Assembly (NCBI GenBank): GCA_028023455.1
Contig: JAQFVV010000004.1
Location: 17,484,001 to 17,548,000, forward strand
Reading direction: 5' to 3'
Source of the DNA: Epiperipatus broadwayi
Taxonomy: Eukaryota > Animalia > Onychophora
Length of the DNA stretch: 64,000 nt
Positions 40,634-53,977 of this stretch are shown here, in pieces. The notes beneath the pieces are model-generated. The model saw nothing but the letters and a program-made list of their open reading frames with translations. It had not been told where the DNA came from and ran no database searches. Made by a program: the position numbers and the translations under genes. Numbering within the stretch: the stretch's first letter is position 1; every line of letters begins with the position of its first letter.

Positions 40634-43005
40634 ATTAAAAATTATACATTTTCTGAACTTAAATAAAATTATATCTCCATGAAGCATTTTATAGACAATT
40701 AATAATCAATATACAAAAGAACTTAATTTAATAAAATACAAGTCTTTTTTTAAAATATCAGAGAATCCTAAATATTCACCGAGATATTTCATCAGAATGC
40801 CATAATATTATTAATTAGAAATAACTGAATGAGATCTAGCCAATTCAATTAATTACATGACATTACAATCAATACCATAGAATATTCAAAGAAATGATTT
40901 ATTCAAAAGAGAATTTTATTTATGTAAAGGCAGTTACCAAACTACATAAGTAGTTTGTTACATTTATGCATAATCTAATTTGCAATTTATATGTAAATTT
41001 AAAAACCTTTATTGCTACGATGTATTAAGGTATATCTTCTTTGAATGATTGTATTTGCAGAGCATTTCCTTATAGAAATTTTTTTGTAAAGCATATATTA
41101 GAAAAATCATATTATTGATCGTACTTAAAATAATGGATATTTTGTAATTTATAATTTTGTAATTAAACTTTGTTTGGCTGCTAATGAATGCAAAAAAGAT
41201 ATCTTTTTCTTTTTCTTTTGTAATATTGAGTTGAAGATTATTTAATTTTAAATGTCAGCACAATTAAGAGGAATTATTTAAAATTTGAATAGTATGCTAA
41301 AAAAAATAAGTTGACTGCTTATGAAAATTGTTTTCCCTCTTTTTTCATACACTAAATTGATTTATTATTTCAATTCTGAATATATTGCTCCATATCAATA
41401 ATGTCAATATCTACATTTCAAAAGAATATGCAATAAAAAAATAAATTAATTTTTCTCCTAATATTTAATTCAGTACAACGATAGCAAAATGTCACAAGCA
41501 AATAGGAGATGTAATCTTTTGCAGTAAAGTAGCTTGAGTTTTCTAATTAATGGATTATTTATTTTTTTGAATTTCATCACAAAAAAAAAAAAAAAAAGAA
41601 TTTTGCAGTACTTTTTCTTAAAAATGGATAAAATTAAGATACATAGTCATTAGATATTTCTATTTGTGCATTCAAAGGAAAAAGTAGAGGAGATAAAGTT
41701 ATATAACCTTTAGCTAATTTACTTGTTCAAAAAAAAAAAAAATGTTGAAGATATTCTTTCATTTATTAACAGAAATGGCAATATATATATATATATAAAA
41801 GTAGATACAATATAAACTTCATTTATTACAAAATTAATTATAGTCTATCTATTTTTCAATAATTATTTTCATTAATACGTTAAAGTGTAATTAAAAAACA
41901 AACAAACCATAAATGTGAATATGTACTGTGTAACATATTGAAAACATCTGTTCAATATATGTGCGTATTTAAAATACATATTATACATGATTCATTATTA
42001 TCCATGAATTTTGGACTCCAAATTGAGATTTGAAACTAAATATTATGGATTCTGAAGGATTAGTTATACATATTTATATGTATTCTTATATAATATAAAT
42101 TTATGTAAGATAGGTTTTGGTAAATAAAGAACTGCCAGTATTATCACCAAGGAGAAATCTAAATTCTTTCCAAGTAAATATTCTGAATATGAATACAAAG
42201 CAAGTCATATATATTTTTTATTATTGAAAGAAAAAGCTCTTTTCATACGCATATTACCTATATTATCAGAAAGAAAAAAAAAGAATAACTAAATAATAGT
42301 AATATGGATGAATTTTACAACTAGTGATATCTAAATATTTTGTATTATAGTAATATCAATTTTGAAGATAAATATAATTATTCCCAAAAATGACCCTTAT
42401 AATACAATAATACAACAAAAGATAGATATCAATTTACATAAATTTCAACCTTTAATTAGTACATCATTGCAAATTATTCTTTGCAGCTTCTTGTAAAGCA
42501 CCTGCAAAAAAGAAAACAATTTTTATTAACTACTATATTTAAAAAATAAATAAATAATGTTTTATGTCCATACTTGGAATATTTATTTATTTATTGTATT
42601 TACTATGCGACTTTTTAATATTATTTATTCATATATATATATATATCTTGCAGTAAGCAACGTCATTACTTAGCAAAAATATTAAACGAAGACAGATGGA
42701 TTTATAGTTATTTAATTATACGGCCAAATCCTTTACCTTTTTTCATATAAACCATTTTATTTTATTTATTTTTAAGAATTTCTTTCATTATTATTATTAT
42801 TATTTATTTAAATATTATCTATTTATTTATTGAAATTAAATAACCAAAATTAGACAAAGAAAAAGGAAAAAGAATGTAAAAAAAAAAATTGTCTCTTTTG
42901 GAATCATTTGCTATTGCAAGAAAACATTGAAGCAGTATCCAGTGTTCCACAAAAATTAATAAAAACATTAATTTCTTCAGGTGCTGGGAGTATACATCAA
43001 CCTAC

Positions 43006-43075
43006 CGGCATCGGCAGAAGTAGATGATTATCATGGAATTCATGATCTCTAGTGGTAGGTGACAAAGAAGAAGCT
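43006..43075 (-). CDS. Candidate alternative virilizer exon (RASSLSPTTRDHEFHDNHLLLPMP)
   Basis: tttgtgtttatttag acceptor, ccg|gtaggt donor. GC-richer island, open in phase 2. No homology recognised. Confidence 0.3.
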
Positions 43076-43617
43076 CTAAATAAACACAAACACTGGATCA
43101 AGAGTGAGAATTACACTCTTTAAACTTAAATATTAACAGTACACCAGACAATACAAAATTATACAATCAGTTCAAAATGTTAAATTATATTACATTAATT
43201 CTCCAAATTAAAACAAAAACAATATATAAGCAGACAAATTTTAAATAGTGAAATATGATAATTTGATAAACTAAAACAAATCAAAATAAGAAATATGTGA
43301 TTGAAAACAATAACTCATGTAAAATAACAAAAATAAAATATAAACAGAGAAATGAAAATAATTTCAATTATTTAGTACCTGCCACTATTGTTTATAAAAT
43401 GTATTAAAATTATTTAAATTTTAAGTGAGAACATAATTATTTAATAATCAACTGTAACATTTTAACAATGAATACCAACTAATTTTTAAATATTAAAATT
43501 AAATGGATAAAAATAATATATACATGTAATCAGGCAAATATAAAATTTTTTAAAATAATCTCCTTATTTCAAAATCTATTAGGAATCATCACAAAGTGTA
43601 TAAAAGTTTCAGATCAC

Positions 43618-44380
43618 TTAAGATGTCACATGATCACCATTTCTTATGCTTACACAGTCTGTTAAACTGTAGCAAATCTCTCCATATAGTAGAGCTATTC
43701 AATGCAAGCCATAGTAATTAATAGATGCTAGAAGATTGGTGTATCGAAATTACTATTGTCTAGCATTCATTGAATACTATGGCTTACACTGTTGTGACAC
43801 TACTATATGGAGAAAGTTGCTGTTTTAACAGATTGTGTAAGCATAAGAAATGGTGATCATGTGATGTTATGATTATTAAAAAAAACAACAACACCAAAAT
43901 GGGTTCAGATCTGTATGACTATATAAGAAAATTTAGCTTAGTTTGAAAACATTATTGTGTTTTCATTTTAGGCTCATAGTTATAGTTAACTAAAAAGGTA
44001 AAAGGTGGCTGGAGAGTCAAACTAGATCCAAAGATCTAGACACAATGCTCTCAGATCCAAGACTCCTCTCTGATAAAAGCCATAAGCTAGAAATTAGCCT
44101 GGGCATATTGGATGAATAGGCACTAAATAGCAATTTTGATCCAAAAATCTTCTAGCATCCATTGCTATAGCTTACAATATGAAGAGTTGCTACTGTTTTA
44201 CCACCCAAGATTGCCAAAAAATAAGGGTTAGGAGATTATGGTGATATTGGATGAGTAGATACTAGATAGGGATTTTGAAGCACAAACCTTCTAGCATCCA
44301 TTGATTACTATGGCATGCACTAGTATGAAGAGAATTTCTATTGTTTTACCATCCAAGATGGTGGAAAAATTAAGAGTTAA
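43618..44380. mobile_element. Cluster of older family A copies: HHR-less foldback 43618-43870, and a + copy 43895-44380 with a decayed HHR (44064-44103) and an internal repeat of about 135 bp
   Basis: Shared GATCATGTGATG ends. CTGATAA-A AGC cataa GCT A-GAAA-TTAG-CC-TGGG. Confidence 0.75.
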
Positions 44381-44591
44381 AGATTATAAATGATTATTTC
44401 AGCATCTTTTTAAATGAAGCACATCTGGTTTCATTTTATAAAACCTTATGAGAATGAAACAAGTAAATCATACTTAATATTTCCATTAAATATCTTCTTA
44501 TGTTATTTAATGATTGGGGGGGGGGGCGGATAGTGAATATATGGTATAAAAATTAAAAAAATTATGAAAAATTCTAAGTAAGAAAAATGTA

Positions 44592-44829
44592 AACAGAGCA
44601 AAACTCTCCATACAGTAAAGCTCCTCACTGATGAAGGCCACAAGCCAGAAACTAGTCTGGGGATATTGGATGAGTAGGCATTAGATAGGGATTTTTTTGC
44701 ACAGGCCTTCTGGCATCCATTGATTATTCTGTTTAGCACAGGTGGCAATACTGTATGGAGAGTTTTGCTCTGTTTATCAACAATTAATGTGCTAGTATAG
44801 GAAATGTGATCATGTGATGCTTAATGGTT
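44592..44829 (+). mobile_element. Family A insertion with an intact HHR (44622-44663), short inverted 5' arm and 13-bp TSD
   Basis: TCCTCA-CTGATGA-A GGC cacaa GCC A-GAAA-CTAG-T-C^TGGGGA. TAAGAAAAATGTA at 44579-44591 and 44830-44842. Confidence 0.88.
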
Positions 44830-46348
44830 TAAGAAAAATGTACTGATTCAAAGATATTTTAAGAATACTATTATGTAATGCAAATGAATATGTAAAAATG
44901 AAACAGAATAAATATAGAAGGAATAAATGGTTTTCTATAAGGATAATCAGGGCCATTGCATCATCTACATTTTTTGTGAAAATCGGAAAAAAAAAACCAA
45001 AAACATTTTATCATATAACTAAATGAAATGATGTTCCCATTTTTTTTCTTTGCAAAAACTCTGTAATTTGTAGGCCCTACAATGAATATCATATACAATG
45101 TAATACAATTGTAGAAGCACTGTTTTGGTCATGTTAAATGAAAATTAGCATAGATCATGTGACCATGTGGTGTTTATTGGCTTAAAATCAAGAATGATTC
45201 TCTTTGTTAGTATTTTTATTTATTGAATCAGAATTCACGCAAAAAAATAATAAATAAATTAGGATGATATTATTAATGGATTCACACTAAAACATTGAAG
45301 AAAATAAAATATTTTTGTTTTGCATTATATGTATTTTATTTTGTTTTCTCAAATATTAATTCAAAATCATATTCATAATTTATAATAAATAAATAATTAT
45401 TTATACATGTAAGTACAGATTTGTGCAATTTTAATATATCTATACTTGAAAGTAAAATAATATATATTTTTTAATATCTATGTGGGCTTTTATCATGTGA
45501 AAACCCCCCCCCCATTTAAAAACATTGCACCGGTTCCGATTTTTGCTTGGATTGGCTCTGCCCATGAAATAAAATTATTATATTAAAACAAAATGAGTTC
45601 TATATAATTTTGGGTAACAATAGATACAGAAACAGTAGAATATTAAAAAATTATAATTATTTACACTTTTATTTACATATTAATTCTCTTAAGTTTGGTG
45701 ACCACAATGTGATAAAATAATGATTTGTTTTATGGATTTACATTAATTTACTTAAGAGAAGAAATTTGATAAATTTTTAGAACATATCACATCTTGTACT
45801 TGCTTTTGTCTAATGCTAGATTATACTAAAAACTTTAAAAAAAAAAAAAGCCCAAACAATTGGTTTAGTCCATTAGAATAAATTCTGAATAGAGCAGTTT
45901 CAAGCGATGTTACATGATTGTTATAATTAACAGTAACATTAAATGATAATATCATTTTAATGAATTGCATGCAATAATATATTTTTAAAAAATTGTTTTT
46001 TATTAATTTTAATTTCCTTGGATATGATCCATCATATATTTAAGTAATTACAAGTTTTTAGCTGAGTAACAAATTCCATGCCAGTTTAAATTCAAAGAAA
46101 AGCAGATTAATAAAACATGTAAAAAATAATATTGGTATTAAATAAAGAAACATTATGAGATTGCATTGGAATTGATCCCTGGGTCATGTATTTCATCATT
46201 CTGACATTCTAACACAGTAATTCCCAATGGATTCTGGAGTTCTCTGGGATACCATGAGATGTAGAAATAAAAACATAAATAAAATAATCTTCAGAAATTT
46301 TACCAAAATCAACCTTTCCTTTATTTTATTTTGTTCATTACATCATAG

Positions 46349-46383
46349 CTCTGAAGAAGATTGCAGGACAGTCAAAACATAAG
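46349..46383 (+). ncRNA. Decayed family B hammerhead motif
   Basis: CT-CTGAAGA-A GATTG cagga CAGTC-AAAA (G12>A). Confidence 0.5.
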
Positions 46384-47349
46384 GTGTACGAATATATGTA
46401 CAATAAAATTTTTTTGCTAAAAAGTGTTAAAAGTGGTTTGGATAAATTATATTTATAAAATAATCTTATTAAATTTTGAGATGAATATGAATACATTTAT
46501 TTTGAATATCTTATTGAAAAGAACAGAACCTTTAAATATTTTAAATCATTACTTTTTAGAAGTTACTATTTGAGATTTTTATTCAGAAGTGATTTTTTAA
46601 GACCGCTCCCCCCTTTCAAACAAACTTAAATGTAATAGTTTGTTTTTTGATAATTTAAATGTAATAGTTTCATAAAATCTAATATATTTACACATTGTCA
46701 CTAATTCGAATAAAAAAATGTAATGAGTAAGTATAAACACTGTTTCACTAAATTAATCTGTAATCTACTGGTCAAAAATATAACAAAAAAATTATTTAAT
46801 CTTTTTTAAATTTTCATGTGAAGAAGTTATATTTATTTTTTAAGATTATTTCTAAAAAAAAATTATCCTCAAATAAAAACGATTATACATAAAAGTTACA
46901 ATTATAAAGTTATTATGTACAATATATAGAAAAATATTGTGATTAGTGTTTCCATAACCATGATAGGAAATTTGAATCTGGTAAAACCAGATAGTTACCC
47001 ACAAAAACTAGCGTTCTAATTATTTTTAGGAAAATGAGAATCTAGCTATTTTTATAAAATAGACAAGAAAAAAAAATTATAAAAATTTCTCAGCAAATCA
47101 GAGAAAACCTCTGCTTTGCTTGTTATTTAAAGCTGTTTTATATATATACAATCTCTTGTAAAAACAAGTTTGTTGACTTTGAAAAATCTGAAGATAAAAA
47201 CATTGTAAATCAGATATTTTTAATATAACTTTTAAAGCTGTTCAACATCTCTTCCACTCTTCTTTCATTGTTTATATCAAACCTTTAAAAAAAACCCCAC
47301 ATATTATAATGATTGTCATTACATTTATTTGCCAAATTATGTAAAAGCA

Positions 47350-47500
47350 TGGAGATGGATTATGATCCTCCTGAAGCACACTGAAAATCTTGACAAGAGT
47401 ATTTGAATCGAGGGAGGAATTGCATCAATATTTCAAAGAACACGCTAAAGCATAATTTGCTTCTTGTTTTGAAGATGATATATGGCTCCATAAATTAAAA
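47350..47500 (+). pseudogene. hAT (Buster/Charlie-type) transposase fragment
   Basis: LLKHTE / ILTRVFESREELHQYFKEHAKA*FASCFEDDIWLHKL resembles the HTEVRWLSRG..L.R.FELR.E....F.D..WL..L block. Confidence 0.6.
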
Positions 47501-47519
47501 ATAATTAGCTGATATTTAT

Positions 47520-47835
47520 TTATCTTAGGATCTAATGCAACCCTCCAGCAGCCACCTTTTATCTCTACTTAATTACAAAACTATGAGACTTAAATTGAAA
47601 ACACTATAATATTTTCAATCCAAGCTCATCAGCTTATATAGTCATATAGGTCTGAACTCAGTTTAATATCTATACATTTTGGCTCCTCACTGATGAAGGC
47701 CACAAGCCAGAAACTAGTCTAGGGATATTGGATGAGTAGGCACTAGATGGGGATTTTATGCACAAGCCTTCTGGCATCCATTGATTACTCTGGCTTGCAC
47801 TGAGTGGCAATACATATAGACAGTTTTGCCTGTTT
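47520..47835. mobile_element. Family A head-to-head pair: - fragment 47520-47680, and + fragment 47681-47835 with HHR 47684-47725
   Basis: TCCTCA-CTGATGA-A GGC cacaa GCC A-GAAA-CTAG-T-C^TAGGGA, with one stem I mismatch. Confidence 0.8.
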
Positions 47836-49059
47836 TCACAATAGTTATTTTCAGATAAGAAATTTATATCCGAGTTAGTTTGATAGTTTATAAAGAATAA
47901 GTATATTAATTTTTTAAGGTAAACAAAGGTGATTATAATTGGATGCCAGCATATTATTTTAGACTAATATTTATTGGATGTATATTATAGCAACTCATTA
48001 TTTATTAAGAAATATAGTAATTTTATGATGTTATAAAATTGGTAATTGCATACATTAAATAGAATGATTTACTTTGCTTAGATTTAAAGTTCATTGGAGT
48101 AGATTATATATTTAATCTAAATATTAAGCTTTTAATATTACCATTTGTTTATAATAGAGTATTAATAATACTATATTATACTGAAGTTTAGTAACTTGGT
48201 TTTATTAATTTGAGGAACAATTTATCATGATTTGCTAATCGTATTTATATAAGTGTCAAATAAAAGTTTTTCATTTATTTCATGTCATTATGATTTGGAT
48301 ATTGTAAATTGTAAGGCTATATGAAATATTGACTGTCATTTTATATCATTATAAGTTAGCACAAATGGGAAGGTATGTTAGATGAGTCAATTTTATATAT
48401 TGTATTTTATTATAATTTTAGTATATTAAAGATATACAATTTGATGTAAATTTATGAGGCTTTAAAAGAGAAAATTTTATATATTTTATTAATGATAGGT
48501 TAATATGCATAAATCTGTAGGATAACAAAGCCTCTTACCACCATTAAGTATTTTTATCCTATTACAATTGATTTACTCAACTAGAGCATATTAGTAATTA
48601 TGAGATAGTGTTGCTCTGTTAACATTATTTTCATTTTATTTTGTTACAATTGGTATTTTAAGTGTGCAGGCTATATTAAAGACTTTCTTTCCAATTCTTA
48701 TCATATTTTTATTCTGCTACAAATGCTGCCCAAATCTGTGTTAAATAAGAGTCTATCATATTTTTTATTCTATTACAATATATTTATTTATTTACAATGT
48801 ATTAATTGTAAAACTATTACTATTTAAATTTCTCAATTGGTAGTGTATCAAATCTTTTTTTAGATTCAAATCTTATTTTATATTTTATAATTCCTAATAA
48901 CATTAACAACTTTGGTTTATATTATTAAGCATACAAATATCAGAGCATATAAGTACAATGTGATTGAGGATAGTTTAGGATTATGGAATTGAGGTAACTG
49001 TTTATTATATAGACAGAGAGATAAGAAATAATGAAATGTTGGATAAAAATAAAACAAAA

Positions 49060-49300
49060 GACTAAAAAATATAAAAGAAATAAAAATAAAAATAAAATTG
49101 AGAAAAAAAAAAGGGTGAAAAAAATTGATTGGAAGTAACATTTAGAGAAAAGAGCATTTGCAAAAACAATTTATTAAAAATTTTTTGGGAAAAAAAAATT
49201 ATAAAAAAAAAAAAAAAAAAAATAGAAGAAAGGAAAAAAGGGGAAAAAAAAACTAAATAAAATATTTCTTCTTTTTTTTTAAAAAGGGCTTTTTTTTCCA
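49060..49300. repeat. Poly-A/T low-complexity tract
   Basis: Long A and T homopolymer runs, which explain the spurious Phe/Lys-rich ORFs. Confidence 0.9.
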
Positions 49301-51476
49301 TTCTACATTTTCCATCTTTAAATTAATTTAAATACCTTTCAACAATAAACGAATCATTGCTATTATTCTTCCTTTCCTAAACTCAAGCAAAACAATTTAT
49401 CTAATTTGAAGTCCTTCTGATCAATATGTTAAATGTCTGCAAAATTTTATTAAATGTATTATAATTGTTATATTTTATAATTCTGCAACATTATTTTTTT
49501 AAAACAAAAGACTAAATGTCATGTAAAAAGTGGCTATGCAGTTGCTTCACAAATTATCCTTTTTTTAAAAAAAAAAAACGTTTTTGTCAAAACATTACAG
49601 CAATATAACTGAAAACTTTGCCGATAATTTTTTATCTCAGTACAGTGTGTATGACTGCTTTTATTTTAAAGCATTTTAACAACAGTCTGATATTCATTTA
49701 CTGCCTTTTAAATAATTTAGATATAAAAAATCTTTCATACTAACATTTTATTATAAAACTTTATTCACTTCTCTTATTAAACATTAAAAAAACTCCAAAA
49801 ATTTTCTTTAAAACCTTCAAATTTATTATTTCTGAAGTCAATCATATGTGAGCATTTACTGCATCATTTTTCATCTCTTAACATTTCAACCAGTTTACAA
49901 GGTTTTTTTCAAGGTTATAATAATATAACTATTATATACTATTATGCATATGTAAATAAATCAATTATTTTATTATGCATATGAAAATTGGAGGAAAAAA
50001 TATACTGTATAACAAGCATCAATTTCCATGAAAATTTATGAAATTTTTTCTAAAAATATATAATAAATATAATTTACAATTGAAAAATAACATCTTTATC
50101 ACTCTTATTAAATCCTCTACTCATTATTATTTTTAGTTCAAATTCCCAATAAGTAAATATACAGTTGTGACCATATGCAATAGGAATTGAACACAATTAA
50201 AAATAAAATAAAAACTCCAGAGCAATGAAAGTTAAGCACATTATTAAACAAACTGCTTATTAGAATAAGCATAACATTAAATACATATAATGTTAGATAG
50301 TATTTTTATTCCTGTAAAATAGCAATACACATAAATAATAGATATACTATACACAGTACTAGTTATTAATTGAAATTATATTTACCTTCACTAACTTACC
50401 TTTAAAGTATATTAGAATTTTAATGTAGACCAAATAGTCCTTTTTAGATCCCTAGAGCTCCATTTGCACATTCCCCGGGGATAAATTAGGCATAAAGTCA
50501 AAGTTTTCTCCTTCTAAGTTCCTGCTTTGCTCTCTCAGCGATTTCTTTATTTATTTTCCAAACAATCCTTTTATGGAATAATTTAAATCTCTTGAAATAT
50601 TTTTCACTTAGTAAACTCTCATGCTAATTAATTTAGCTTTGCTTATCTGAGAGATAATTGCATGTTTCCAATTTGTAATTATTTTAAACTATTTGAAAAG
50701 AGTATAAAAATATAAAATGCATTCTTCAATCTTATTTATAAAACCTGTGTTAATTTGTACTTTAAGTTTATATATGATAACACACATACACACTCTTAAC
50801 AAAACCCCTTTAATCTAAGTATTTTTTTCTAGATAAACCTGCACTAAATAGAATAGAAATGCCCCCCCCCCCCCCCGATTTCGATTTGCATAATTAATTA
50901 ATACAAATATTTTAAATTGATACAATGTTTAAAAAATTAATAAAATTATTAGAAAATTAATGAAGCAGGTCAGTATAAAAGTTTTTGGAGAATAGAAAAA
51001 TAAGCTTTATGTACAGAAAAAAGAACAAACTTGTTTTTATTTTAGTAATTAAAAAAAATTAAATGAAAACACTAGATTAAACAGATATAAATAGTGATAA
51101 TAGTAAAATTTTTTAGTTAATTAAAAAATGCAAAATAAAATAGTAATAAGGGTAAATAATAAAAAAATTGTTTTTTAAATTTTAATTAATTTTTATGTGC
51201 TAGTAAGATATATTATCTACCTTTTTCAATTTTTAGAAGTAATAAGTTATAATATTATACCCTTGAAAAAATCCTAAGTGATATAGAAATTTTTTATATA
51301 AGATTGACTTCAGAACTAATAAAATGTGAAGATTTTTTAAAAATAATGGGTTTTGAATATTATTTTAATATCACTCCTTTTTTTCTCCATACAACATATG
51401 TAAATAGTTTGTTATCTATCATATATCATATATCCATATATATTCTTTCTATCTTTTAATTAATAATACGCTGATG

Positions 51477-51570
51477 CGTTGCGGTGAAACTTTTTTATGT
51501 AATAATTTGTAGGCTTTTTTTATATTCTAATTTGCAGACTTAGCGCTTACAGAGCCCTTATTGCTCCAAA
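51477..51570 (-). mobile_element. 3'-terminal fragment of the family E PLE (partial variant hammerhead)
   Basis: Colinear with 61628-61722: GGAGC..GCTCT, AGCGCT-A-AGTCT, and the same ...AAGTTTCACCG.AACGCA end. Confidence 0.75.
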
Positions 51571-52002
51571 TATATCAAATATACTTATATTTTTAAATAT
51601 TAATTTCAACAATTGCTTCAATCATACTTTTTATTTCCCCAGTAAACCATTATTTAAATATTAAATCAAACTTATTAATGGCAATGATTAAGTATGTTTT
51701 GCATAAAATGAAAAAAGATAGCAGGAAATCAAACTCCATAATTATACTATAATAATTTTGTGCAATAATAAAATTGCTTCTTACATGATGAGATAATTTC
51801 AAAATACTTACTAAATCTTTAAATGACTTTTCAGTGCCCTGGACGAAAATGCATTTAAAAATTTAGTAAATATTTTGTTTTCCATGTACATAAACACAAA
51901 ATTATTAAAGATATTTATAATGCACAATACACTTTTTATCTAAATCATTATATTTCTAAATTTTAATTTTTGAAAATATTCTACTATCCAAAAGAATTTT
52001 AC

Positions 52003-52107
52003 CTTGAATCTGAATCTTTTCCTCTGGGTCCTAACCAATGACTAGGTCGGCCACGAGGAAAACGATAAGGTAATTCTCTCATTGATGTACGAGCCATAGT
52101 TCCACGA
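52003..52107 (-). CDS. vir: Virilizer exon (SRGTMARTSMRELPYRFPRGRPSHWLGPRGKDSDS)
   Basis: ttatag/gtaaaa splice sites, phase 2/2. GC- and CpG-richer than the flanks. Confidence 0.8.
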
Positions 52108-52802
52108 CTATAAAAAAATAAATGTATATAATTTTTAAATATGTTTGCAAAAGAGTAAAAAATATAAAATAAAAAACAAACAAACAAAAAAAATCAGAAT
52201 GTGTACTAAAATGCTACACACTGAACATAAGCATGGAATTAAGATGAATTAATTAAATCATCAATAGTTTCAATTATGGAAATTATAACATTTTAACAAT
52301 TTATTCTAAAAATATGTTCATACTTATTCCATTTTATTACAATTATGTTAATGGATTATAAAAAAAATCACTAGCGAATGGTCTTAGGAATATATTTTTA
52401 AGTGATTTGTTAAAAAAAAAAAAAAGTGAAATAATATTATTGATATATTATGTACTAATAAAACAAAGTAATAATATATGGAATATTTTAATATTAAAGA
52501 ATATTAACTAAAAATGCAATATTCAACTTAATCAAAAGCCTCTTATTTTTAATAAGTGATAGTATTTGCCTTTGATAATAATAATTCTCAATAAGATGTA
52601 AATGTGAAGTATATAACAATATTTGATTGACATATAAATTATAAACATTCTGAGTGTTTTAGTTTTAAATATTTTTCATGTTCACACTAACAGGTTAAAT
52701 TATAGTAGTCGTAGCAGTGTGGTTTTATTATACGTATATTATTTATTTAATATAAACTTAAAACTCCTAAGATATATTAAAAAATAAAAGTCATAAATTT
52801 AC

Positions 52803-52887
52803 CTTCCATGGCCAAAATCTCTGGAATTCCCAAAATTAATTTTACTCATTTTAACATTTGGTCTACTGCTCCAGCTTCTTTGTGACC
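52803..52887 (-). CDS. vir: Virilizer exon (GSQRSWSSRPNVKMSKINFGNSRDFGHG)
   Basis: ttttag/gtaaat splice sites, phase 1/2, keeps the reading frame. Confidence 0.8.
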
Positions 52888-53168
52888 CTAAAAAACAAAT
52901 TAATAATAACGTAATAAAAATAAACATTAAAAATCTATTTTATTATATGAATGTCAAGTATTTTTTTACTCTAAGACTGCCATCTTTGTTACAGCAGCAA
53001 TTATTAGCAATAATAAAAATGTATTATATTTTATGAAGACTGCAATTATTTATTCATATTTATATAAACTAAACAGCTACTTAAAAAAATTAAAAGTATT
53101 TCTTATTCAGTTTAATTACTTTTTTTTTAATTGAAAATTTAACAACTCTAATAATTACAAAACCATAC

Positions 53169-53274
53169 CTAAATCTCTTCTGCTATAATTGGTTTGTGGT
53201 GAAAAAAAGCGGCCTCTTGAATTTGAAAATCCTCTACTGTTTTCAAAACCACGACCTCGCCCTCTATTAATCTC
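53169..53274 (-). CDS. vir: Virilizer exon (EINRGRGRGFENSRGFSNSRGRFFSPQTNYSRRDL)
   Basis: ttctag/gtatgg splice sites, phase 0/1. RG-rich, and RFFSP..NYSRR resembles the VIRMA tail. Confidence 0.85.
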
Positions 53275-53977
53275 CTAGAAAATATTATATTCACATAATA
53301 ACAATATATAATATGAATTCAAATGTATGAGTTATTTTTACTTTTGCATATATTTTTAAGTTTACATTTGCAATAACTTTGGAATGTTCTGCTATAAATT
53401 ACACATATTACATGTAACTAACTATAGAGTATTAAAATATTAAAAAAAAAACAATTCTATCTTTCATTTAAAAATGCATATATAGCTACAAGCTTATAAA
53501 GCAAAGTCATGGTAGTATAAAATTATGTAAGATCTCTACATTCAATATATCAGACCAAGAAGACAAATGTTGACTAGAGGAAGAAAATTATTAATAGCAT
53601 ATAGTATTCTAAAATACTAGATTTATCAAGATGAGATAAAATTGCAAATTAAACTGTTGCATACATACTATAAAATTTGTATTGCTGCTTAATTTATTTA
53701 TTTTTTAAATATTAAGCTAGTAATGATTTTTAAAAAAAATGTGTCTGTAAGATTTTATATCTTTAAAAAGCAATCTCTAGTATATTCCAATTTTAAAGTG
53801 CAAACATCAGAATTAGATGTCATCAGTAGATACATAACTTGGCCTTGTGCTAAACTGTGCACATTATAGCTTTATGAAATTTCCAATATATTAGTTACGG
53901 ATTTATTATCTCGTAATTTGATAAATATAACTGCTACCTCTTTTTCTATAAAATTGTAATTTTTAAATAAATGTCAA

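Noticed and set aside
44948-45561. hAT MITE bounded by CAGGGCCA / TGGCTCTG
   Set aside because: Only an 8-bp imperfect inversion and no 8-bp TSD.
850-47835. Interpreting the foldbacks (families A, C, D) as MITEs with long TIRs
   Set aside because: Arm lengths vary from 25 to 950 bp, arms are internal segments of one monomer, TSDs are 11-14 bp, tandem monomers occur and each family carries a hammerhead. This fits retrotransposition better.
24066-53830. Isolated CTGATGA/TCATCAG heptamers (about 24067, 29366, 32536, 40785, 53821)
   Set aside because: No GAAA at the right spacing and no stems I or III. Expected by chance in AT-rich DNA.
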